A stretch of 62,271 nt of DNA, counting the filler, from Globobulimina sp. (taxonomy: Eukaryota): the NCBI GenBank assembly GCA_003354225.1. It is 32 parts of 32 records of this genome, joined end to end, with 100 filler letters (N's around TTAATTAATTAA, not from the genome) between each part and the next. Parts side by side here need not be neighbours in the genome. Positions count along the whole stretch, not along the records: positions 23,401 to 25,249 come from PIVH01011253.1; positions 25,350 to 27,198 come from PIVH01011254.1; positions 27,299 to 29,147 come from PIVH01011255.1; positions 29,248 to 31,096 come from PIVH01011256.1; positions 31,197 to 33,045 come from PIVH01011257.1; positions 33,146 to 34,994 come from PIVH01011258.1; positions 35,095 to 36,943 come from PIVH01011259.1; 25 more parts are not named here. One strand, written 5' to 3'. The position numbers and the translations under genes were made by a program. A model generated the notes under the pieces. That model searched no databases. It had not been told where the DNA came from and worked only from the letters and a program-made list of their open reading frames with translations. Below are positions 23,401 to 35,578 of this stretch, one piece after another. Every line of letters starts with the position of its first letter. Position 1 is the stretch's first letter.

Positions 23401-24564
23401 TCCTTTGTAGAGTTACAAGAGCTCAACGTTGGGCTTACGAAATCTATAGACATTGAGAAAGAAGCAAGAGTGGCGGCATTGGAAGCTTGGCAAAAAATTG
23501 AGAAAAAACTTAAAGCGGACAAACTTAAATCTGCAGAGAAAGAAAGTTCGTTTTTGAAAGATCTCAAAGAAGTTCGCTTAAAAAATGAAGAACTACAACA
23601 GGAAGTCAGATGGTCAAATCAGAAATTAAAAGCATTGCGGGAAACTGCGCAAAAAATGGAGACAGTACAACAGGAGAACATTGATTTAAGAATGAAAATA
23701 AACTCATTAGAAACAGATATCAAATCGCAAACCAGAATCGAACAAATGAAAAGTAAAAATTTAATGGATACAGCCATGACTGAAATGAAATGGAGAGAAC
23801 ATTTATTAATACAACAATTAGAAAAACTAAAACATGATTTTAATAAATCGCAGATTGAGAAATACAAATATCAGCGGGATATTAGGACAATGGAAGTAGA
23901 ATTAAGCAGCAATCAAAATATAACTAACATGAATCAGAATGTTAATCCGAAACAACAAGCTATTGTAAAACGGAAATTTGTTGAGTTATCTGAGCTTGAT
24001 TCGGAAATAAATAAATTACGCAAAGAGTTAAAAAACGATCACTTAAATGAAAATAGACCAGAAAAATGGATACGAAATCCTCCACAGCCAAACTATTTGC
24101 ATGTTATATCACCAATGAAACAACAACAACAGCCATATACATCACCAATGCATATACCACCACCAAATGCAAACAATACTAACTCCGCTGGAATTTATTA
24201 CATTGAATCGATATCACAAAATCAAAACCCTTTGGAAATTAGTCGTAATCCAAAATCGCCATCACAAATGAAACGTAAACCACATCGTCTGAAAGTTGAT
24301 ACCGTGGGTAACCAGTTTATAAGTCCTCAACATGTTGCACATGCTGCTTATAATACGGATATTGATAATTTTTGGAGTGATTTGCAAGATAACAGACATG
24401 TTCAGAAACAAACCCACGAACCGCAACAAAGAAAACGCCAAATGCCACCAAGAAGACAAGTTAAAAAGGCTAATACTGATAAACACAGAGTGAATAAACC
24501 TAAAAGACGTAGAGAAAAACCTGCAATGACTGTGAAAAATAAGCAACATAGTCGCTGGAGGTAA
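23401..24564 (+). CDS. Coiled-coil protein with disordered basic tail, 5' partial
   Basis: Long E/K/Q-rich open frame. Confidence 0.7.
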   Translation, partial: SFVELQELNVGLTKSIDIEKEARVAALEAWQKIEKKLKADKLKSAEKESSFLKDLKEVRLKNEELQQEVRWSNQKLKALRETAQKMETVQQENIDLRMKINSLETDIKSQTRIEQMKSKNLMDTAMTEMKWREHLLIQQLEKLKHDFNKSQIEKYKYQRDIRTMEVELSSNQNITNMNQNVNPKQQAIVKRKFVELSELDSEINKLRKELKNDHLNENRPEKWIRNPPQPNYLHVISPMKQQQQPYTSPMHIPPPNANNTNSAGIYYIESISQNQNPLEISRNPKSPSQMKRKPHRLKVDTVGNQFISPQHVAHAAYNTDIDNFWSDLQDNRHVQKQTHEPQQRKRQMPPRRQVKKANTDKHRVNKPKRRREKPAMTVKNKQHSRWR

Positions 24565-24753
24565 TTTATGTTTGTTGCTTACCTGAATTATTATCATAAT
24601 GTTGTATAGAACTTTACTTTTAAATCCTTAACTAATTATAATTTTATATGTTTGCTGTGATTAGTATGATATCATCTAAAAACATTTTGCCTGACTGAAA
24701 AACTTGTTTTGAGGATGAGCAGTTGGCTTATGTCTGGTAACGGTTTGGTCCAA

Positions 24754-25249
24754 ATGTCACGTTTCTCAAAGTCCAGAACTCTTCTTGTTTTATGCGTTAT
24801 CTTTAATATGAACAATGGACAATTAATATCATTGCCATCATCATGTAATTCATTACAAACATTTGGTTACAATAATGGTGGATCATCACGACAATATGCA
24901 ATGTTTTTACCAGAGGTGTTTTGTGATAATAATTTGTTAATACAATTCATAAATAGCAATTCAAACATAAATATAAATTCAACGAATAATTTACAAGTAA
25001 CATTACCGATTTTTTTGATATTCCATGGCTTAACTGAATCACCATCAACATATTTAAACAGATGGGATTGGAATGAATGGATAAATAACTACGGTTTAAT
25101 TGCAATTTTACCCTACGGTGGTGGCGACGGACGACAATTATCATGGAATGCAGGTCCGTGTTGTGATGATAATAGAAATGGAAATGTTGATGATATTAAT
25201 TTTATAAATAACTTCTTAATGGATATAACACTTTCGTTAACAAATACTT
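24754..25249 (+). CDS. LpqC / PHB-depolymerase-like alpha/beta hydrolase, 3' partial
   Basis: LIFHG..., ILPYG, SWNAGPCC, NVDDINFI. Confidence 0.75.
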
Positions 25250-25349
25250 NNNNNNNNNNNNNNNNNNNNNNNNNNNNNNNNNNNNNNNNNNNNTTAATTA
25301 ATTAANNNNNNNNNNNNNNNNNNNNNNNNNNNNNNNNNNNNNNNNNNNN

Positions 25350-26644
25350 TGCGTGCTCTGAGTGCTCTCGTATACAACAAACCTTTTTTTTTCTCCTTTC
25401 GCAATTTGTATATGTTTGAAAACAGCCTCAGAAGAATGGTTTGCGTTTCGCAATAATTGGACTTTACAAGAAATACCTTTATCAGATTGGTCATTGGACG
25501 CATATTTAAAATATTATTTAAATTATTCGCTTGAATATTTTGATTATATTCTCGACAGTTCAACGTATGGTTTTTATCGTGATAGACAATTATCAGAATA
25601 TTTATACGATGGCCCGAGTTTAGCTCCAACTCCATCACCAACACCTGGACAACCTGAAGGTTTATGGACATTACGCAATGGATTCATGAGTTTACAAAAA
25701 GCTGTGTTGCAAAACATTACAAGTTATGAGAACAATGATATTTGGTTAGGGAATGAATTAATTGCTATCGATCACAACAATGCAGCATATAAATATAAAC
25801 TGACAATAAAAGATCACAGCCATAATAGTATAAAATATGCGTATTCAAATCACATTGTATTAGCAATGAATCCGTTGGCGTTGCAAACACAATTGCCATA
25901 TTTTAGACCGATTGATAATGATAAAACGAGATACATTGTTGATTCTGTCACAGGTTTTAAATTCTATAAAGTAAACTTAATATTTGATTCAGAATTTATT
26001 GTTCAAGATTTTAAATCAACGGTTGGTTCACAAACCAGTTTAGCAATCAGAAATTATTTGGTGGAGACTATCTGGACAGATAATGATTTGACAGCGCTGC
26101 AAATTTATGCAACCGGCGTTAGAGCTGAATTATTGCACAGGTTACAATCAATGGGTAAACCATATCCAATCCATGAGTTAATACAAACCAATCTCAGGTA
26201 TATATATAATAATGTTTTTCGTGAGCGATGATGAAGTACTTTTTTGTCTATGTTTGTTTTTCTTGCTTTTGCATAAGCGATGGAATATTAATTGCGACGA
26301 CAGCCGTTGTAAATGAGGTATTAAATGAAATCGAAACTCTATTATCACCATTAAATTGGACGTCTTTACCTCGGCCATTGGCTGCGTTTTCACAGCCATT
26401 AGGTATGAATGTATCAAATGGCGACGGATTATATGAATGGAAAGCTGGATATCAAAGAGATTTTGTTTATGCAAATTTAAGACAACCAAATGAAAATGAA
26501 AATATTTATATCGGTTCGGCGAGTTATTCAGAATCACGCCATTGGCATTATGGTGCGATTTGGTCTGCTATTCAAATTGTACAAAGTGCATTTAATGTGA
26601 CGTACAATCCACTACAGTTTGATGATTATAATTGTACAGTGTAA
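25350..26644 (+). CDS. Flavin-containing amine oxidase-like protein, C-terminal part; intron ~26199-26277
   Basis: LRNGFMSL, HIVLAMNP, KVNLIFD, IYIGSASYSES.HWHYGAIWSA (C-terminal FAD motif variant). Confidence 0.65.
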
Positions 26645-27298
26645 TTTAATATATATATATTAGTAATTTTTTTTTCCAGATACACAATGACTTTTTTCTT
26701 TACTTGATGTAACATTTGTGTGCGTGTTTATATGGCAAGAAATTTCAGAGCCATGCAATCAATCTAAAACAAGGTTGTATGTACAACTGAAACAATATAC
26801 TGCACATATTCGCAAGTCTACATCTGACAGTATACTGAGTATAGCGTTGTCAGATGACAGTATATTGTTTCTATTTGTCCATATTGTTGTTGCAAATTAA
26901 TGGTATTTACATCCCAATTGGTACAAAGACAGACGCTATACTTTAAGGTTTGCCGTACGTATTTCTGGTTTCTTGCCATATCAAGGCAATGCTTATAATA
27001 TCTGTCGTGTTTGAGACTATAGTCACTATATGCTTTAATTATATGTTTGGTTGAACTCCTTCGTAGCTTTCTTTGTTTTCGGATTTTCCAAATTAAATAC
27101 TACTGACTACTGTTGCTGCAGTAGAAGTAGAACAGACTGGAACCAAATATACTAAACTTTGTTTGTGTTGCGAGTTTTAAGCAAGAATAGAGTTTTTGNN
27201 NNNNNNNNNNNNNNNNNNNNNNNNNNNNNNNNNNNNNNNNNNTTAATTAATTAANNNNNNNNNNNNNNNNNNNNNNNNNNNNNNNNNNNNNNNNNNNN

Positions 27299-29147
27299 AT
27301 ACTCATAAATTCATCAAATTTATCTTGAAAGAATTTTATGTTTGGAATATAACCAATATATTTGTTATAATGCCAACCATTGCTACTATGAACATAATAT
27401 TTTAATTTAAATGAGTTTAACGAAAATGGATGAATTAATCCATTACAATATTCACCGCAAAATATGGATTTAATTGATTCAATCAAATGTTGTTTGTTCC
27501 AATTTTCATATTTTAATAAAAACCATTCATTCAAGTTTTGAGCATTTCTTATTTTTAATAAATGATTTTTATATTTTTCAATAAATTTAATTGCAACATC
27601 CAATATATTATATGCTAAAAAATCAGCAATAATTCGATTCCTTCTTATTACATTCATTCCATTCATATTTATTTCTGATAAGTTAAATTTCATTAAACCA
27701 ATTATATATTTTTCATAATATTTAAAAAGTTGATTAAGTCGAACATTATGATTAAATATTAGCGGACACCATATTATATTCATTCGTGCAGTTATTCTTA
27801 AATGGAACTCAGATATTATTGCTACATTCTCGCCGGAACCGGTTAAATACGGCAACATAATATCAGATCCTTTTATATTTGAAATCGAATACAATAATTG
27901 TACATAATTATTTATTTCAATATTTCTTACGTTAAATGCGCTGCCATCAACACCGATATCATGCCATAATATTCTCAATCGTGATTGTAATTGAATTCCT
28001 ATTGAATCAGCTGCCGATAAAGATATATTATTGCCATTATAAGCAATAAATTGCATAGTGAATATTCTTCCGATAATGAGTGATGAAACTAATCTCGCTC
28101 CTAAATAACCATTATAACTAAGTACAGGGATTGCATTTGTTTGAATATTAATATCGTTTCTACTTTTTATTAATTGCGTTAATATCTTATTTATATCAAC
28201 ATTATAGACATTTGCAGTGAAAGTTGAAGACATAATATATTGTTTAATCTCATTTATCGATTTAAATTGTTTTGCATTTATGGATGGATTTGCAGGGATT
28301 ATTTGCAATATATTTGGATACTTTGGACTGATTCGGTTCTTACAATTTGATTTGACACAATATTTTGGTCCATATTGTGATGATTCGCTGCAATCAACAA
28401 ATCCATTGGGAACCGCATCTTTCTCCATTGATACAACTGATGTTCGTAAGCGTGAATGAGTGCCAATTCCACATTTATTACTATTATTATTATAAGAACA
28501 TGAATACCAATCATTCCATACACAACCATCATGTTTTACACTTATATTCAAATCAATTCCTTTTAAATTTATTGTTTCATCCGTTTGTAACTCAATACAA
28601 ATTGATTTGAATTCATTGTTCCAAATGTGATATTTTAATGGTAATGGTTGAGAAATACGTAAAGGCGGATCGATAAATGATTGGTTAAAATGGTGAATGG
28701 TCAGTGCATCAAAACCCTTTTCAATTTGAAACGAATTGAACGTAATATCAATTTGTGCCGCATTCATATTCCGAACATAAAATGAAAAACACCACTTTCG
28801 ATATATGCTTGCTTCATAATTATCATTATCGGAGTATGGATATTTTATATTAAATAAGTATGCATCTTGATAAATATATGGAATTTCAAATTTATTATCA
28901 ATGGTTACTTTTGTGAAAATATGACCATCGTTTAACTCTGATTCACCATGCAATGGATTTAACGCATAACTGTTAAATTTTACATTATGCGTTGTTTGTA
29001 GTTCGCCGCTCCATTTATCAATATCAATATTATTGTTATTGTGATTTGTTGGTTTATACAATGTGTTATTGGCTGTAATGGATAGATTTTTTGCTGTTAT
29101 TATAGGTGTCTGATCAATAATAATATCATTCTGTGAGATTGCTGCAA
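27299..29147 (-). CDS. Extracellular protein with CUB-like and TSP1-like domains, internal fragment
   Basis: IKYP..DNDNY...C...IDITFNSFQIEKGFDALTI...LQTDETINLKG (CUB); WNDWYSCS...CGIGTHSRLR (TSP1). Confidence 0.65.
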
Positions 29148-29247
29148 NNNNNNNNNNNNNNNNNNNNNNNNNNNNNNNNNNNNNNNNNNNNTTAATTAAT
29201 TAANNNNNNNNNNNNNNNNNNNNNNNNNNNNNNNNNNNNNNNNNNNN

Positions 29248-31096
29248 TTCAGCGCATCAAGAACATTTATACAAAATGAGGCAAGGCGTCACAGCGCAGT
29301 TAAACCAATTAATTAAGGATTTAGAAATCAAATATAATGAACAAACCAAGCCGTGGAAAGACGAAAATATTAAATTAAAGGCACAATTAAATGGTGTAAA
29401 AAATCGTCTTCGTGATGTAAATCGAGAGAAAAATGATGCAAATAAAGAAAAACAACGATTAGAAGACAAATATAATACATTACGGACCGGTTTGGATCAA
29501 ATTATCAACGACGCAAACAATAAAAATCAGGACAGAATTAAGAAATTAACGCAACAGAATCGGCAGTTAGAAAACGAGAAAGACGCCGCCAGCAAACAAG
29601 CCAAAAAAGAGAAAAAAATGCACGAAGAATTCTTGGGCGAATTACAAGAGAAATGTGACAAATTACAAGGCAAAAATCGTAAAACAAGTGGCGAAAAGGC
29701 AGCGTTGTTAACAGATCGCGCCAATTTAGCCGCCAAATGCCAGAGTTTAGAGTCAATAATTCGAGAAAATCGAGAAGCAGAAAGCAACCGATTGCGTGAA
29801 GAAAATGGCGATTTAAAAAATGATTTGAAAGTATTACAAAATAAACACAATCAGTTATTGGCAGAGAACAGTAAATTGGAGGACGAATATCGTGTAATAG
29901 CGAATAAATATGATTTGGAGAAGGAAGCATTTAAGAAAGCCATTGAGGATCAGATAAAAAATAAACAGGACGCTGTCAACAAAAAAAGCAATAATAACAG
30001 CGAGCAACGAGAGGAAATTCGTAAATTACGGCAAGAGTTAAATGATAAAAACAGTCGAGATTTAAAAAAGAGAGAATCAGAATGGACCAAAGCGAAGAAT
30101 GACAGTATAAAAACATTGGATGGCCAATACAATCAAATCAAACAAGACAAAGAGCGGCAACTTAAATTCTTAAATGCCAGCAACGAAGAATTAAAAAAGA
30201 ATTTAGAAGCTCGCAAAGATGAAATCCGTCGTTTACGCGCCGAGAACGAGCAAATCAACGCGTTGGGCGACAAAATCCAAGCCTTAAACGACGAATTAAA
30301 TGCTAAATGCAAAGAAATCGTCGATTTGCGCGCCGAGCTCAGCAAATATAAAATATTATGGCAGCATTTTTTTGGCTTAGACGCGCCGTTAAAAGAAGAG
30401 ATTGAAAAACTCAATGACAAATTAGACAAATTCGAGAATTATCACTCCATCGAGTCACCCATTCCCAAGAAAAGGAGGAGATTATCGATCGAAGCCTTAT
30501 CGCAGTGGAACATGGACAGTCCGCCGTTGGTCTTAGACGCGATCCCTTCGCCCAACGACGTGCATAAACGGTTGGAGCTCTACAATATGCACAATAACGT
30601 GATCCAATTGAAAGGCTTTCATATCGCGAATGGGCACGGCGACGTGATACCGTTGGATGCGCGGCAAGTTAACCCCGGTTCGTGTATCCCCGTCGCCCTG
30701 TCCTTGCCACAGAATTCGCAGCGTGGAGGCTGCGGCATTGTGTACGACTGCGATTTTGGCGACAATAAAAGCAAAACATTTTGCAATTTCAGCGAGGATG
30801 AATGCATTTATTTATGTGACTCGTTTGAGGAGAAACGGCAGATTTTTCCCATTGAGAATAAAGACAATAAGTTTGATGGGATAGTTTATGACAATTTGGC
30901 CGGGTTTGGCGGGGAGGTCAATGCGCCGATATTTGTCAAGCAATTGTTTAACGAAGACGGTTATCAAGGATTTGTGTTTGGGAATCAGACCCGAAAGAGA
31001 ATCAAATTGAAAAATATGTGTTTTAGAAATAAGCAGAAGACGTTGGCGGTGAAGATCCCGCAGAAATCATTGCCGATCAATGGTGTGATCCGGTTG
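29248..31096 (+). CDS. Lamin-like protein (coiled-coil rod, NLS, lamin-tail-like domain or domains), partial at both ends
   Basis: ~390-aa coiled coil ending LKEEIEKLNDKLDKFE, then SPIPKKRRR, then LELYN..NVIQLKGFHI...VNPGSCIPV. Confidence 0.68.
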
Positions 31097-31196
31097 NNNN
31101 NNNNNNNNNNNNNNNNNNNNNNNNNNNNNNNNNNNNNNNNTTAATTAATTAANNNNNNNNNNNNNNNNNNNNNNNNNNNNNNNNNNNNNNNNNNNN

Positions 31197-31543
31197 GTTT
31201 TATTTTTGGTGTGCGTTTTATAGGAGGCAATCCCATCTCTACTGTTTTGTTTTTGGTTACGTGCAATATCTAAGTCGCTTTCTGGTCTATTTGGTGATGC
31301 GAAGTTAAATAAATTGCTATCTGGTACGTATGGTGAGGGTTTGCTGTGTCCTGCCGGCTTGGTTTGCACTTTGGAGGTTGATAAAGTCATTAACGTTTTT
31401 GCTTGCTCCAGATTGGTCAATCCGGTGACTTGAGTCGAAGCGCGTGGCACTTGGCCACCAAATATGATTGGGTCTGACTCATCCCTTTGTTCGTCTGTTC
31501 CTTGGGTCTCGTACTTCTCCTCACTGTCGTCTCCATCCTCCAT
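31197..31543 (-). CDS. Hypothetical protein N-terminus, 3' partial
   Basis: ATG at 31543 (MEDGDDSEEK...), open to the contig end. Confidence 0.5.
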
Positions 31544-31780
31544 ATATATATTTACTGTGTTATAAATAATTATAAATGTGCTTGAATTCCTTAAATAATG
31601 CAACAAATTAAGGAAGCATTAAACGTTTACTCCGTTTGCAAAACAGTTTTTCCTTTACAAAAACTCTAATTTCTTAGTACTTTTAATTTCCCACTCGTTG
31701 CTCAGTTATCATTCAAACAACAGTTATTTAATTCAGTTATTTGACAACTTTTAATAAAAAGAATACGTACGTCCTTCCAC

Positions 31781-32916
31781 ATGGATATGTCCGCAGAAGA
31801 TGCCGAGATCGGATCAGATGGCTCAGGTTCTATTGCGATTAAAATGGTGCATACAGATAACAAATGTTCTATTATTATGGATGTAATTCGTTTAACATTT
31901 TCAATCTGTTTATTAATATTCTCCGCAATATCCGTATGTTACGGTATTGGCACAGCAAGCACCACAATGCCAGATATATTGCCTTATATGCGTCACAATA
32001 TTTATGTCTAATAATCGCGTTATGGATATTAGGAGTTTTGGAGGGATTACAGATTGCAGTGATTGAATTAGCGCACAAAGATCCCAATCAATATAAAGCA
32101 ACACATCCACGCGCCGCTAAATTGCTTGCGTTTGAGAACAAGGGGCGGAATGTGGAGCGCTTTCTGATGGGAAGACAAGTGTTGGTCGTATTCACTGTAT
32201 TCATCGCAGCGCGGATTACCACGTTCAATGGGTTCTGGGCAGACGTACCAGACTCATTCATTCATAGTGTAATGTTTTCAGGCTTCTTAGGTGTGATTCT
32301 AGTGGTTGTGGTGGCGCAGTTAACCCCACAAGTGCTGGCAGCCGCATTTCCTGTGGAATTCCTCAATTTGTATGGAATGAATATTGCATTTTGCGCCTGT
32401 TTGCTGGTGGAAGCAACTGGCTTGGTACACGCCGTCTGGTTCTTATGTGTGACTGTCCGCAAAATGGTACATAAATGTGTTTGTAAAACGAGAAGAAATA
32501 CGTATCTTGATTCGGCTGCAAAGGATGTTGTCATTGCAGGCAGCGATATGGGAGTAACCACAGAGATGTCAAGCACAGCAAAACTGGCTGAGACTGATAT
32601 TGAATTAATCAAAAAGAGGGAATATGATGAAAGGGAGAGATGGAATGGAATGGATGAGCGTGTTGATGAACATTTGGAAGCATTGATTGAAAAAGTAGGG
32701 AATCATTCGAGTCGGGATTTGTTTTATATTTATGGGGGTAAGAATGCTTCATATATGTCACCAAGTAAATGTAGGCAGAAATTTGAAAATGCCGGATTGT
32801 GCACGCCACACTTTTTATTACCACCAGATCATATTGCTCATATTCCACCGCATATTGTCGCTATGACATTGTTGAAAATGTATACTCAAAAATGTGAAAA
32901 TGATGATCTTATATGA
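31781..32916 (+). CDS. Silicon transporter-like protein (SIT-L); apparent frameshift at ~31985-31991
   Basis: LEGLQIA (EGXQ), THPRA, ERFLMGRQVLVV (GRQ), AQLTPQVLAA.FP..FLN, VEATG; the first TM lies in the upstream ORF 31781-32011. Confidence 0.88.
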
Positions 32917-33325
32917 TGACAAAAAAAATAATAAAGACGTATATAATATTTTGTGGCCTTAATAATTAATATATTTATTTTTTTTCTGCACTTTTAATAT
33001 AAAGAACGTGTTTTGTTGCTAAAATTTGTACAGTCCAATTAAAATNNNNNNNNNNNNNNNNNNNNNNNNNNNNNNNNNNNNNNNNNNNNTTAATTAATTA
33101 ANNNNNNNNNNNNNNNNNNNNNNNNNNNNNNNNNNNNNNNNNNNNATTTTTTATGTTCAGCTGGCAATATACTGTGACCTCGGACCTTTTTGTTAGCTGC
33201 AAAACGAGAATAAAAAACAGTAAGTGTCAAATACAGTGTATACTGTGGATAACTAAGTATTTTGTTATTTATTCTGACACCAAACTGCAGCGTTGCTGTA
33301 TAAATATCTAAGTTTCCAAATTACA

Positions 33326-34894
33326 GTGTTTTTGCTCAATAAGTCAATATGTACAAACAAACCGTGTTCAACATGTACAGGAAAACGTTTTATTCCACGA
33401 ATATGTGCTAAAATACAAAGCGGCGAAAAGCTCCCAACGCATCAAATTAGGCAGCGAAATAATTTCAGAATTCGTCAGGATCGGCGCAGAAAAAGAAGTC
33501 AATTTAAGCTACAACACTCGCAAACAAATACTGACCATTATCAACTTAGTGCACAAAATGAACCAAAACAAGGAGAAATATCAGCAAATTTACAAGAACC
33601 ACAAAAGCCAAATAATCAGCGAAGAGGACATCAAATATCTCAACAACGAAAACGACGACGTGCATTATCGCATGGCTACCACCAAAAAGTTGCCGTTGGA
33701 ACTCTTCGAGATCACTAATCTGCAAAACACAGACTTGGACATTCCAGATTTGATATATTCCATGGGATTCACCGCCAATCTGTTCGACCAGGCTTACGAC
33801 GAAATATTTAATTTGATGCGAGTCAACTTTTGGAGCAATTTTCGAAACGCAATCTTGGAGTTTGTAGACGACGATGAATTTGCAAAGTTGCAGAATGAAA
33901 AGCTGTTAAAACGCAAGGAACAGCAACGAGATAACTTGGGCATGATTCAGGCCATCAATTCCATTCAGAAAACCATGCATAATCACAACAATCCGGCCGA
34001 ACCAAACGAGTCTCCTTCGCTGCTTCATATGTTGTCGCGGTCAGACAGCACGCATTCGACGCATCGCAGACGTAAATCCAAGGACGACTTCGATGTCATT
34101 TATCAGAATATTCAGGCAAACCACAGTTGCAGTAACAACATGCCTCGACACGGCAATACTTTGTCTTCTAAGTTCTCGCAGTTAACGCATTTGACGTCGC
34201 TCTGTGATACGGACGAGCAGAATATTGAAAGTTGTGACAGTGAGAGCGAGAACGAGCAGCCTCTGCTTATTGCGGAAGATCGCGAAGTAACGCTGAAAAT
34301 GAAAGCGTTTAAAAAGAGGTAATATGTATTTTTGTTTTTGCTGCAGTGTACGTGCAAAATATATACGTATATAATTTTATTTTTAGGGAGAAACCCCGAT
34401 TGAGCTTCATACCGTCGTTGATGCCTTCGATTGAAAAATCGGCCACATCGCCGACTGCCAAATCAGGGAAAATAGGCTCGGGATTTGATACTCCGAATGG
34501 TGGCGCTGCGGTGGTACAGCGGATCGATGCCAATGCGGAGGATATTTCGTCTCAGCTTTTTGTGGATAATAAAGGGAATTATTCGCCGTCGGAGCTGTTT
34601 AATTTGGTGTCCGAGACGATTCCGTGGGATTATTCCAATAATGTGAAGGCCACACATTACAGCAGCATTGTAAAGGGCAATAGTAAGCAGACTGAGCATG
34701 GCCATGAGGTTAAGAGGGTGGCTGCTGCGGGGAAACGAAAGTCAGTGAAGCATTATAATAAACAGATACCGCTATATGCGCAGAAACGGAAATCAGTCAA
34801 AAATCAAAACTTGTGTGCTCGTAAAAAACGGAAATCAAAATTGAAAACGGCAAAACAGCCAATGGCTAAATTTTGTAATACGCAATCTATATAG
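33326..34894 (+). CDS. RGS-domain protein, C-half plus disordered tail; intron ~34319-34387; 5' partial
   Basis: EIISEFVRIGAEKEVNLSYNTRKQI ... LFDQAYDEIFNLMRVNFWSNF. Confidence 0.75.
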
Positions 34895-35093
34895 TTCTAG
34901 CTTTGTTTTTTAATTATTTTATAAACATACGATTGTTTTTTAATTGATATAGCTTTTTTTTTTTAATATAGATACATTGTATAAATATACGATTNNNNNN
35001 NNNNNNNNNNNNNNNNNNNNNNNNNNNNNNNNNNNNNNTTAATTAATTAANNNNNNNNNNNNNNNNNNNNNNNNNNNNNNNNNNNNNNNNNNN

Positions 35094-35529
35094 NGTTTAT
35101 CAAAATATCTATGACATTTCCAAAAGTATCCACACATTTTTGCACTGCATGTTTTACTTGTTCTTCATTGCGAATATCACAAACTATCGGCAAGGCTCTG
35201 CTGCCTAAGTCCTCGATTTGTTTCGCTGCGGTGTAGATGGTACCGGCTAGTTTTCCATGTATTGTTGCTGTTTTTGCTGCGATTACAATATTACAATCAT
35301 CACAGGCACAGCGCAGTGCTATCGCAAGACCAATGCCTCGGGAACCACCTGTTATAAAAATAGTTTTTCCTTTCAATGATGGCAAAGTTGAGGCCAGTTC
35401 GGCATTGTATTGTCGGTAAATAATCTTTCGGCTATTTGCGGTTTCTTTCGTGCATATTGTTTGTTTGCATGGTGTTTCTGATTGAATGTGCTGCAGTATT
35501 TTGATTAATCTCTTTTTTGATTGTGACAT
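35094..35529 (-). CDS. HSDL2: Hydroxysteroid dehydrogenase-like 2 (SDR), 3' partial
   Basis: LKGKTIFITGGSRGIGLAIALR.A.D..NIVIAAKT...H.KL.GTIYTAA..IE..G..ALPIVCDIR; PTS2-like RLIKILQHI. Confidence 0.88.
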
Positions 35530-35578
35530 TGTATCACTATGCACCACTTAAAACTTTCACCAAAATCTTTTTTTAAGC

